Below are positions 23,125-34,300 of a stretch of DNA of 60,877 nt, piece after piece; within the stretch, counting starts at the first letter, position 1, and each line of letters opens with the position of its first letter. The DNA lies in assembly GCA_038087875.1 (NCBI GenBank), contig JAXLNO010000371.1:1-60877 (forward strand), given 5' to 3'. The notes under the pieces are model-generated. The model saw nothing but the letters and a program-made list of their open reading frames with translations. It was not told the DNA's origin and did not search any database. The stretch is from Malacoraja senta. Lineage: Eukaryota. The position numbers and the translations under genes are program-made.

Positions 23125-23889
23125 TCAAGTCAAGTCACATTTATTTATATAGCACATTTAAAAAACAACTCTCGTTGGCCAAAGTGCTTTACATTTGTTA
23201 TAAGAATAGTATAAAAAAACAAACTACATACATATATACATGTAGCCCTCACTCAGAGGACGTCAGGAAAGGCTTGGGATTATAGGTAAGTCTTTAGTCT
23301 TGACTTAAAGGAGTCGATGGAGGGGGCAGTTCTGATGGGAAAGGGGATGCTGTTCCACAGTCTAGGGGCTGCAACCGCAAAGACGTGGTCGCCCCTGAGC
23401 TTATGCCTAGACCGCGGGATATTCAGCAACCCCAAGTCGGCCGATCTGAGGGACCTGGAGGTGGAGTGGTGGGTGAGAAGACTTCTTATGTAGGTGGGGG
23501 CAAGCCCATTGAGGGCTTTGTAGACATGGAGGAGGATCTTGAAATGTATACGGAACCGCACAGGGAGCCAGTGGAGAGAGGCCAGGATCGGGGTGATGTG
23601 GTCCCTTTTTCGGGTGCCCGTCAGGAGTCTCACTGCGGCGTTTTGGACCAGTTGCAGGCGGGACAGGGAAGATTGGCTGATGCCAGTGTAGAGGGAGTTG
23701 CAGTAATCTAGGCGGGAGGAAATAAATGTGTGGATGATCTTTTCCAGGTAATCAAACTGGAGGAATTGTTTTATTTTAGCTATCGTCCGAAGCTGAAAGA
23801 AGCTAGCTTTTACCACGGCATTGACTTGTTTGTCAAATTTCAGTGCCGAGTCAAATATCACGCCAAGGTTTTTGACGTGAGGTTTGAGT
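23125..23889 (-). mobile_element. L2-clade LINE 3' fragment
   Basis: ORF 23280-23906: KNLGVIFDS, SRLDYCNSL, LQLVQNAA, HITPILASLHWLPV, FAVAAPRLWN. (GACTT)n tail. Confidence 0.9.
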
Positions 23890-24418
23890 AGCGGGTCAGG
23901 CAGCATCTGTGGAGAACATGGATAGGTGACGTTTCACAGAGTGCTGGAGTAACTCAGTGGGTCAGGCAGCATCTGTGGAGAACATGGATAGGTGACGTTT
24001 CACAGAGTGCTGGAGTAACTCAGCGGGTCAGGCAGCATCTGTGGAGAACATGGATAGGTGACGTTTCACAGAGTGCTGGAGTAACTCAGCGGGTCAGGCA
24101 GCATCTGTGGAGAACATGGATAGGTGACGTTTCACAGAGTGCTGGAGTAACTCAGCGGGTCAGGCAGCATCTGTGGAGAACATGGATAGGTGACGTTTCA
24201 CAGAGTGCTGGAGTAACTCAGCGGGTCAGGCAGCATCTGTGGAGAACATGGATAGGTGACGTTTCACAGAGTGCTGGAGTAACTCAGCGGGTCAGGCAGC
24301 ATCTGTGGAGAACATGGATAGGTGACGTTTCACAGAGTGCTGGAGTAACTCAGCGGGTCAGGCAGCATCTGTGGAGAACATGGATAGGTGACGTTTCACA
24401 GAGTGCTGGAGTAATTCA
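23890..24418. repeat. 66-bp minisatellite, about 8 copies
   Basis: Unit CAGCGGGTCAGGCAGCATCTGTGGAGAACATGGATAGGTGACGTTTCACAGAGTGCTGGAGTAACT. Confidence 0.95.
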
Positions 24419-24551
24419 CCAGGGAACCGGGTTCGATCCCAACATCGGGAGCCGCCAGTGTGGAGTGTGCATGTTCTCCCTGTGACCTGCGTGGGTTTCC
24501 TCTGGGTGCTCTGGTCTCTAACAACCTTCCGCGTTGATTTCCTTTCCACAG

Positions 24552-24738
24552 AAGCTGCTGATCTGAAGTCACGGGCACACCTGAAGGAGCACCTGTCTGT
24601 ATTGGAGACGACTTTAGGCATTCTGTGCGATCGGGCGGAGGACCACTGCTCGCACCTGAACGAAAACCTCCGCTCTTCAACCCACAGAGAGCTCTACCTG
24701 GTCAAAGATGCTCAACACCTGAAGGAGGTTTACATCAG
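24552..24738 (+). CDS. ALS2CL: ALS2CL-like DH-domain exon (AADLKSRAHLKEHLSVLETTLG...HLKEVYI)
   Basis: TTTCCACAG acceptor, AG|GTAAGT donor, 187 nt, phase 1 to 2. Open and in frame with both neighbours. Confidence 0.85.
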
Positions 24739-24759
24739 GTAAGTCAGCACGGTCAGTAG

Positions 24760-25163
24760 AGAATGCTGGAGGAACTCAGCGGGTGAGGCAACATCTATGG
24801 AGCAAAGGAATAGGTGACGTTCGGGTCGAGACCCTTCTTCAGACTGATGTGGGGGCGGGCAGGGGTGGGAAGAAGAAAGGAAGAGGCGGAGACAGTGGGC
24901 TGTGGGAGAGCTGGGAAGGGGAGGGGAAGGAGGGAGAAAGCAAGGACTACCTGAAATTGGAGAAGTCAATGTTCATACCGCTGGGGTGTAAACTACCCAA
25001 GCGAAATATGAGGTGCTGCTCCTCCAATTTGCAGTGGGACTCACTCTGACCATGGAGGAGGGTCAGGACAGAAAGGTTGGATTCGGAATGGGAGGGGGAG
25101 TTGAAGTGCTGAGCCACCGGGAGATCAGGTTGATGAATGCAAACTGAGCGGAGGTGTTGGGCG
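24760..25163 (-). mobile_element. Penelope-like 3' fragment with hammerhead-bearing terminal repeat; related copies at ~17800-18350(-) and 27616-28063(-)
   Basis: End of the GIY-YIG ORF (EQHLIFRLGSLHPSGMNIDFS) followed by CTGAAGAAGGGTCTCGACCCG(A)AACGTC on the element strand. Confidence 0.85.
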
Positions 25164-25863
25164 GGGAACTTTCCCCAGCCGACAATGTCCTTACGTGTGT
25201 GAAAAATGGGGTCTAAAAAATGTAGTTTTTTTAGATTCTAGTTTAGTTTTGTTTAGATTTACAGCGCGGAAACCGGCCCTTCGGCCCACTGAGTCCGCGC
25301 CGACCAGCGATCACCGCACATTAACACTATCCTACACACACACACACTAGGGACAATGTGAGAGGAAACCAGAGATCCCGGAGAAAATCCACGTGGGCTT
25401 TAAGAGCCCTATCTAGCTCTCTCTTGAAAGTATCCAGAGAACCTGCCTCCATCGCCCTCTGAGGCAGAGAATTCCACAGACTCACAACTCTCTGTGTGAA
25501 GAAGTGTTTCCTCGTCTCCGTTTTAAATGGCTTACCCCTTATTCTTAAACTGTGGCCCCTGGTTCTGGACTCCCCCAACATCGGGAACATGTTTCCTGCC
25601 TCTAGTGTGTCCAAACCCTTAATAATCTTAATAAGATCAATAATCAATGAATAAGTTTATTGGCCATGTATTCACATACAAGGAATTTGCCTTGGTGCTC
25701 CGCCCACAAGTAACAACATGACATACAGTGACAGTTAGGAATGACACATGATGTAAACTAAACTAGTGTAATTTTCCCACCACCCGTCCTCTCTCGCCTG
25801 TTCTGTCCCAAATGCCTGTATGTGTGGGGTGGCTCAGTGCTTGTTTGTCTTTCTCTCTTCCAG

Positions 25864-25929
25864 ATACTTCACGGCGTTCACAAACTATGCCGTTCTCAGT
25901 GGCTTCGAGCACATTGCCAAACAAACCAG
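25864..25929 (+). CDS. ALS2CL: ALS2CL-like DH-domain exon (YFTAFTNYAVLSGFEHIAKQT)
   Basis: CTCTTCCAG acceptor, AG|GTATGT donor, 66 nt, phase 2 to 2. Resembles ALS2CL YIESYTSCMVVQAFQKAAKR. Confidence 0.88.
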
Positions 25930-26005
25930 GTATGTCAGAGACGGGAGAGGGCCACGCCTCGCAACGACTTGTTTCTCTAGAACTAAAACTAAACACAGTA
26001 GAGAA

Positions 26006-26393
26006 AACTCAGCGGGTCAGGCAGCATCTGTGGAGAACATGGATAGGTGACGTTTCACAGAGTGCTGGAGTAACTCAGCGGGTCAGGCAGCATCTGTGGA
26101 GAACATGGATAGGTGACGTTTCACAGAGTGCTGGAGTAACTCAGCGGGTCAGGCAGCATCTGTGGAGAACATGGATAGGTGACGTTTCACAGAGTGTTGG
26201 AGTAACTCAGCGGGTCAGGCAGCATCTGTGGAGAACATGGATAGGTGACGTTTCACAGAGTGCTGGAGTAACTCAGCGGGTCAGGCAGCATCTGTGGAGA
26301 ACATGGATAGGTGACGTTTCACAGAGTGCTGGAGTAACTCAGCGGGTCAGGCAGCATCTGTGGAGAACATGGATAGGTGACGTTTCACAGAGT
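26006..26393. repeat. 66-bp minisatellite, about 6 copies
   Basis: Same unit as 23890. It produces the 22-aa repeat in ORF 25812-26414. Confidence 0.95.
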
Positions 26394-27395
26394 AATTGTC
26401 CCTATCGTGTGTAGTGTGCGGGGATCGCTGGTCTGTTTCCGCGCTGTATCTCTAAACTATATTAAGTTGACAACATCAACGTTACAATTACGCAGCCTCT
26501 CTCTGTATCGCCACATTGGGTTGCTCCATAATCGGACTGGGGTGAAGTTGATTTTCCTGTTTGGCCCAGTCTCCAGTGTAAGGGGAAGGGAGGGGCTCCA
26601 CTCGTGGAGAATGTTCAGAGCCCATTTTGCCTGGACCTGCGAGCTGCAACAAGTGTGGACAGGAGCAGCTCCCTACATAGCCAGAGGGCGGTGAATCTGT
26701 GGAATTAACTCGTTGCCAGAGCCAGCTGTGGAGGCCAAGTCATTGGGTATTTTTAAAAAGGGGATTGACCACTTCCTGTGCTATATGTTCTATGTTCATA
26801 GTTATGAATATATTATGGGTTGTGAACTTGGATAGGCAACCTTTTGAGTCCAAGAGTCTGCGGAAAACATAGTACTGTTCTATGACTCATAGACCCGAAC
26901 CATCACCCATCCATGTTCCCCACAGATGCTGCCTGACCCGCTGAGTTACTCCAGCACTCTGTGAAACGTCACCTATCCATGTTCTCCACAGATGCTGCCT
27001 GACCCACTGAGTTACTCCAGCACTTTGCCACAGAAGGCTGTGGAGACCAAGTCAAAGGATATTTTTAGGCGGAGATAGATAGATTCTTCATCAGTACGGG
27101 TGTCAGGGGTTACGGGGAGAAGGCAGGAGAATGGGGTTGAGAGGGAGAGATAGATCATGGTGGAGTAGACTGGATGGGCCGAATGGCCTGGTTCTGCTCC
27201 AATGTCATAATCTTATGATGCAGGTTATCTCCTCCTTGCATAGAACATAGAACATAGTACAGCACAGGAAGAGGCCATTCGGCCCACAGTTTCCATGCCG
27301 AACATGATGCTAAACTAATCCCCACTGATCCATATCCCTCCAATCCCTGCATATCCATGCTAGCCCATCCAAGACAATGTAGAACAAAGATAGAT

Positions 27396-27615
27396 ACAGA
27401 GTGCTGGAGTAACTCAGCGGGTCAGGCAGCATCTGTGGAGAACATGGATAGGTGACGTTTCACAGAGTGCTGGAGTAACTCAGCGGGTCAGGCAGCATCT
27501 GTGGAGAACATGGATAGGTGACGTTTCACAGAGTGCTGGAGTAACTCAGCGGGTCAGGCAGCATCTGTGGAGAACATGGATAGGTGACGTTTCACAGAGT
27601 GCTGGAGTAACTCAG
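27396..27615. repeat. 66-bp minisatellite, about 3.3 copies, attached to a Penelope fragment
   Basis: Same unit as 23890. Confidence 0.92.
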
Positions 27616-28102
27616 AAGGAGTGGAGTAAGTTTCGGGTCAAGACCCTTCGTCAGACTGATAGTCAGGGGAGAGGGAAAAGAGAGATATAGACGGTGATGT
27701 AGAGAGATGTAGAACAAATGAATGAAAGATATTGGAAAAAAGTGCTGATGATAAAGGAAACAGGCCATTGTTAGCTGTTTGTTGGGTGGGAACGAGAAGC
27801 TGGTGCAACTTGGGTGGGGGAGGGATTGAGAGAGAGGGGGAATGCCGGGGCTACCTGAAGTGAGAGAAATCAATATTCATACCGCTGGGCTGTAAGCTGC
27901 CCAAGCAAGATATGAGATGCTGTTCCTCCAATTTGCGCCGGGCCTCACTCTGACAATGGAGGAGGCCTAGGAAAGAAAGGTCAGTGTGGGAATGGGAAGG
28001 AGAGTTAAAGTGTTTGGCAACCGGGAGATCAGGTAGGTCCAGGCGGACTGAGCGAAGGTGTTCTGTCTACATCTGTCATTTCCCTCTCCCCTGATTCTCG
28101 GT

Positions 28103-28130
28103 CTGAAGAAGGGTCTCGACCCGAAACGTC
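28103..28130 (+). ncRNA. Minimal hammerhead-ribozyme motif (Penelope type); intact-looking copies also at 7334-7361(+), 42940-42967(+), 28878-28905(+), 2127-2154(-)
   Basis: CUGAAGA box, stem II GGGUC-UC-GACCC, then GAAAC-GUC. Flanks GGU/ACC can form a short stem I. Stem III is reduced to the palindrome ACGU, as in PLE minimal hammerheads. Confidence 0.7.
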
Positions 28131-29354
28131 ACCCATTCCTTCTCTCCAGAGATGCTGCCTGTCCCGCTGAGTTACTCCAGCATTTTGTGAAAAATAGTGT
28201 CCTATCCATGTCCTTGTCCAAGTGTCTATGATGACCCGGTCACACTAGTAATCCCACTATTTAATCACACATCCGGGGACTCACGACCCTCTGTGCAACA
28301 AAATACTTGGCCTGCACGTCTCCATTTAAACTTTGCCCCTCTCAACTTAAAGCTATTCTCTCTCGTCTTTGATACTTCCAACCAAGTGAAAACTTCCAGA
28401 ATGTCCGTCCGAACTATGCCTCTCATAATTGTATGATTGGGCTTGGATGGACATGCAGGAGGATGGAGGGATATGGATCATAGCAGGAAGAGGAGATTAG
28501 TTTCGGTTGGCATCATGTTAGACAATAGACAATAGACAACAGGTGCAGGAGTAGGCCATTCGGCCCTTCCAGCCAGCACCGCCATTCAATGTGATCATGG
28601 CTGATCATCCCCAATCAGTACCCCGTTCCTGCCTTCTCCCCATATCTCCTGACTACGCTATCTTTAAGTGCTCTATCCAACTCTCTCTTGAAAGCATCCA
28701 GTGAACCTGCCCTTCACCCCCCCCTTCGGAGAATTCCACAGATTTACAATCCTCTGTGTGAAAAAGAGTTTCCTTATCTCCGTTCTAAATGGGTTACCCC
28801 TTATTCTTAAACTGTGGCCCCTGGTTCTGTTCTATCAGGCCTCCCCTCAACCTCTGACACTCCAGAGAAAAAAAAATCTGAAGAAGGGTCCCAACCCGAA
28901 ACGTCGGCCATTCCTTCTCTCCAGAGATGCTGCCCGTCCCGCTGAGTTACTCCAGCATTTTGTGTCTCAAATAGTCTGATTGTTATAGAGAAGACAAAAA
29001 GGTAGTCCCTCATGAACACTCAATGCAAGAGGACGTAGATACAAATACAACATTTAAAAGACATTTGGACAGATACTTGGACATGGAAAGTCTATTGGAG
29101 CAATGTGGGCAGGTGGGACTAGTGTAGAAGGGCTACCTTGGTCGGCATGGACAGGTTGGGCCGAAGGGCCTGTTCCGTGCTGCATGACTCTATGACTCTA
29201 TCCCTCTATGACATTATATATGTAAATATGTGTTGGGTGTGTTAAGGCAGGCAAATGGGTCCAGCTTTGATGAGGCATGTTGGTCAACATGGACAAGTTG
29301 GGTCGAAGGGCCGGTTTCCATGCTGGATGACGCTATGCCTCTGCGAGCTGGACT

Positions 29355-29838
29355 CTGTTGTCAAGCTGGACAGGGTACAGAGAAGATTTACAAGCATGTT
29401 GCCAGGGCTAGAGGGTCTGAGCTATAGGGGGAGGTTGAGTATTCCTTGGAGCGCAGGAGGATGAGGGGTGATCTTATAGAAGTGTATAAAATCATGAGAG
29501 GAATAGATCGGGTAGATGCACAGAGTCTCTTGCCCAGAGTAGGGGAATCGAGGACCAGAGGACATAGGTTTAAGGTGAAGGGGAAAAGATTTAATAGGAA
29601 TCTGAGGGGTAACTTTTTCACACAGAGGGTGGTGGGTGTATGGAACAAGCTGCCAGAGGAGGTAGTTGAGGCTGGGACTATCCCACAACGTTTAAGAAAC
29701 AGTGAATGGCTGTGCTGGCTCGAAGGGTCGAATGGCCTACTCCTGCACCTATTGTCTATTACGCATGTACCATTTCACCATTTAAGAAACAGTTAGACAG
29801 GTACATGGATTGGACAGGTTTGGAGGGATATGGACCAA
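29355..29838 (+). mobile_element. CR1 LINE 3' fragment (third subfamily)
   Basis: ERRRMRGDLIEVYKIM..FFTQRVVGVWNKLP. Confidence 0.85.
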
Positions 29839-29839
29839 A

Positions 29840-30284
29840 TCAAGTCAAGTCACTTTTATTTCTATAGCACATTTAAAAAACAACTCTCGTTGACCAAAGT
29901 GCTTTACATTGGTGGAGGTACTAACGTTATACAACAGTGGTTCATAGATTAAGTACATACATAAATACATAGATGTAGCCCTCCCTCAGAGGACGTCAAG
30001 AAAGGCTTGAGAGTAAAGATGAGTTTTAAGTCTCGACTTAAAGGAGTCGATGGAGGGGGCAGTTCTGATGGGAAGGGGGATGCTGTTCCACAGTCTAGGA
30101 GCTGCAACAGCAAAGGCACAGTCGCCCCTGAGCTTATGCCTTGACCGCGGGATGTTCAGTAACCCCAAGTCGGCCGATCTGAGGGACCTGGAGGAGGTGT
30201 GGTGGGTAAGCGGGGGCTTGATGTAGGTGGGGGCAAGCCCATTGAGGGCTTTGTAGACATAGAGGAGGATCTTGAAATTTATTC
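29840..30284 (-). mobile_element. L2-clade LINE 3' fragment
   Basis: FKILLYVYKALNGLAP..AFAVAAPRLWNS; same tail as 23125. Confidence 0.88.
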
Positions 30285-30490
30285 GGACCAAAGGCAGGCA
30301 GGTGAGACTAGTGTAGCTGGGACATTGTTGGCCGGTGTGGGCGAGTTGGGCCGAAGGGCCTGTTTCCACACTGTGTCACTCTGTGACTAATGTAGAACCC
30401 TGAAATTGGTGGTAAACTTTGTACTGAATATTCTGTGATTTGTGAACATGCTAACGTTGTTGCCTTCTAATGATGTAACGATAATTGCAG

Positions 30491-30647
30491 TGACCACTGG
30501 AAGAGGAACAAGAACACTCTGAAACGTTACCACATGGATTCATCCTCTATCTCAATGAGCTTGCACCGTATCCTCCATGAGCCCATGCGTTTACAGGTGC
30601 AGATGTATATTGATATCCTCAGGAAACTCAGCTGGGGCTTGGAGAAG
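30491..30647 (+). CDS. ALS2CL: ALS2CL-like DH-domain exon (DHWKRNKNTLKRYH...LHEPMRLQVQMYIDILRKLSWGLEK)
   Basis: TTGCAG acceptor, AAG|GTCAGT donor, 157 nt, phase 2 to 0. Resembles ALS2CL EYWRGQRKALR...LHQPLAHHVQQY. Confidence 0.88.
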
Positions 30648-31361
30648 GTCAGTGCACTGAGCGCCAGTTCAGTTCAGTTTTATTTGTCATATGTAGGTTA
30701 ACACAGGGTCAACGGTACAATGAAATGTGTTTTACAAGACAGCAGGTCACCTCAACAATGATATTACAAGGATAAAATTAATATTAAAAAAAAGATAAAA
30801 GTGACATTGGTCGATAAAAGACAATAATAAATAAAAAATAAAATAATCAACATATATGATGTGTTATGAGTTCAATAGACAATAGGTGCAGGAGTAGGCC
30901 ATTTGGCCCTTTGAGCCAGCACCGCCATTCAATGTGATCATGGCTGATCATCCCCAATCAGTACCCCGTTCGTGCCTTCTCCCCATATCCCCTGACTCCG
31001 CTATCTTTAAGAGCCCTATCCAGCTCTCTCTTGAAAGTATCCAGAGAACCAGCCTCCACCGCCCTCTGAGGCGGAGAATTCCACAGACTCACAACTCTCT
31101 GTGAGAAATGATGTGTTTATATGATGTGTTTATGAGTTTCAACTTACAAACTCGATGACCATGTAACACAATCAACCGCAGATGCTGGTCTATACCAAAG
31201 AGAGATAGCTAAGCTCATAGGTTCATAAGTGATAGGAGCAGAATTAGGCCATTCGGCCCATCGTGTCTACCACGCCATTCAATCACGGCTGATCGATCTC
31301 TCCCTCCAAACCCCATTCTCCTGCCTTCTCCCCATAACCCCTGACACCCGTACTGATCAAG

Positions 31362-34300
31362 AATAGTAAGATTAAACGAGAACTTACCAAGTTTGAAGTT
31401 TGATCTTTATTTTATGAGGAGTTACTTTGGTGATTACGTGAAGAAGACCCGTCAGGGCGCATGCGCGTCAATCTTCAAAGCAGCGGTATGAAATCACAGA
31501 CAACACAATATTTGAAGTTACATATTAAGATGAGCTACATGAGAACTACCATATGACCTTTTTTATGAGAGAGGGTTGGGCGTGGCGGGCACGTAATCAC
31601 CAACGTAACTCCTCATAAAATAAAGATCAAACTTCAAACTGGTAAGTTCTCGTTTAATCTTACTATTTTACTTCGGAGTCACGTGAGTGACTACGTGAAG
31701 ATTTCAAAGCTCTGTGATTTTATGCCGCAGATCCAAATCCCGGCTTCTCACTGCATTGATTGACTTTCAATGAGAAACAATCAATAATGCGTTAAACCTG
31801 AAATGTTAATATCATGCAGTAACAATTGATTTGAATAATCAAAACAACCAGTAACCCCTCTATCCCAGGGGAAACTAAACAGGACTTAATCCTGAATTTG
31901 CAAACAGCCTCTCGCCGATCGGCAAATAGTAAAAAATTTAAAAACAATTCATTTGACCACCCGGCACCTGTAAGAAAATGGCCGATGTGAACATCCATCG
32001 CCCTAGCTGACGACGTTGCTGCTGCACTAGTGGAAAAGGATATATGCACTTCAGTGTTAATACCTGCCTGAATCAACATTTGCTTTAAACCACCTGAGAT
32101 AGTCTGCACTGACATTCTCCTATGTGGCTACATGTAACTAATAAACAATGCTGTTTCCACATTTCTTAAGGTCTTTATAGCTTCAATATAATGAAAATAA
32201 ATGTGCCATTACACATAAACATGGATCAGTAGGTTATGCTGAAACACAATTTTAACAAACCTGTGATACCTGGCCTGCTCTGCTTAAGCAGGACGCAATT
32301 ATATAACATAACATTCTCTTCAGCAACTTCCATCCTGTCTAACAGAAGTTTTTGCAAACTCTGCACTTGCTATGCTGAACCAATGCCATGAGCATAACCA
32401 CTTTCATGATTAGTTTGGCAAATTCAGAGACATGACAGGAACCTACTGTCGAAGCATCTTGAGGACCACACTTACATCCCAGATCGTCATATACCTGGGT
32501 TTAGGAGGTTTAGAGTTGAAATTCCTTTCATCAATCCAGCTCTGATATGATGAAACCCAATAGGATCTTTCCTGACCCCATCCAAACCATACGAGGACAA
32601 AGCACTTAAAGCTGTATTAATGGTGCTATAACTGAGCCCCTCATCATCGTAGAGTGTCAACAGGAACTCTAAAATATCCACAATACCTGCAGTACTATAG
32701 TCAATATTATTTTGTACACAATATTGCTCCCATTTTTTTACATAAGTAATATACCCTTTTTGAGTACTCTTTCTCCAGGCTACAGTGAGCATGTCCACCG
32801 TTCGCCCAGACAGTCCTTGCCCCAGGTATGGCCTTCTTAAAACCTGCAAATTAACAAGTCAATACTATCACATAACAGATGACTTTCCCGTGTTAGCGGA
32901 TGATCCAGTCAATTCCTACACTTGGGAACCACCAAAAAGAGGTTGGATCCCTAACTGTAACATCAAAGGGAACCATGCTTGATTCGGCCAATTAGGTATT
33001 ACAAGCACCCCCAAAGTGGCATCCTGCTTGATTTCTTGCAGACTCCGACCTATTAGGCAAAATGGTAGGAAAATATATAAAACATACCACCCCAATGTAA
33101 CGTCAAAGTATCAATTGCAACTGCCACCTGGTCTGCTTCCCATGAAACCTATTTAGGCTGCTGATGGTTGAACCTGGATGCAAAACAAATCGATATCTGG
33201 CATTCATATATAAGTACTATATTATTGAACACCTCCTGGTTCAACATCCAATCTATGTTGTCATGGAACCTTTGTGGTAGATAAATAGCTGAAATATATT
33301 TTTCAATGCACCAGGCCCAAATTTTAATTAGCCAATCTGTCACAAAATACCGACTTGATTCCACCGATGTGATTAATATATATGCCACTTGCGTATTATT
33401 GTCAATCTGAAACTGACCATGCAGATTACATTTGTTAGAGCAATAAGCCTCTTAATAGTTAATTGCCCATGTCTGCAGAAGCGATGCCTCTTGCTCAGTC
33501 CATCTGCCACCACAGCTGAAACTCGTATCCGTGACACCCCACCCGAATGCACTAACATTCATCTGCAAAATCATGGAAGGCTGGTCAAGCATTACCTTGC
33601 TATAACTTCTGGACACATGGTGAAGCCACCATTGCAAATCAGAAATAGCCTTTATTAATAACTGCATAGGTCTATTATAATGACCCGAATGTATCCTTAA
33701 TGCCTCAATTAGCGTGATACACCTGTCAATTAGCTCTACCTTTTTTTCCCTGGGCAGAGTCACTTAATTGAATCAATTGTGACCCAACTATGCCACTTGC
33801 GTATTAGGTGTTAATTTGGATTCCTCTGGATGAATAATGCCCAATCTTTGAAAATTGGATTTAACAACTATCACCTGTTACTTCAGCTGTTCTCTTGGAT
33901 ACCCCTGTAATCAAGATATCATCGAGATAAGCCATGAGCACCTGACCCTGGCCTCTCAGCATGCCTATTATAGGTTTTAACAATTTTGTTGCCATAGTTG
34001 ATCCATCCAGGTGAATTTCAAATATGCAAATAAACAGACATTGAGTAATGCGCATCTTTAAGCTCTATAGTCGCCATATAGCATCCTCTTGACCCAGTTG
34101 CTTGGCAGTGACAATTCCATCTTACAATGTCTATACTACATCCCCCATCCTTTTTTGGCCTGGGAAAATATTAGACACAAATTGATGGGGTTGGTGAACC
34201 AACTTTACAATTACACCTTTATCACATAAGCTTGCAAACGCAGTCTGAACATCCATCTGTTCTGTTAATGAAAACTGAATAGTTCTCCCAAGAACATGCT

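Noticed and set aside
25812..26414. 200-aa ORF with a 22-aa repeat as a novel repeat protein
   Set aside because: It is read-through of the 66-bp minisatellite, and the real exon 25864-25929 uses a different frame and splices out before the array.
32900..33200. Methyltransferase-like and recombinase-like motifs as a phage or bacterial insertion
   Set aside because: These are standard DIRS domains lying between the element's ITRs, next to RT/RNase H, and they are frameshifted.
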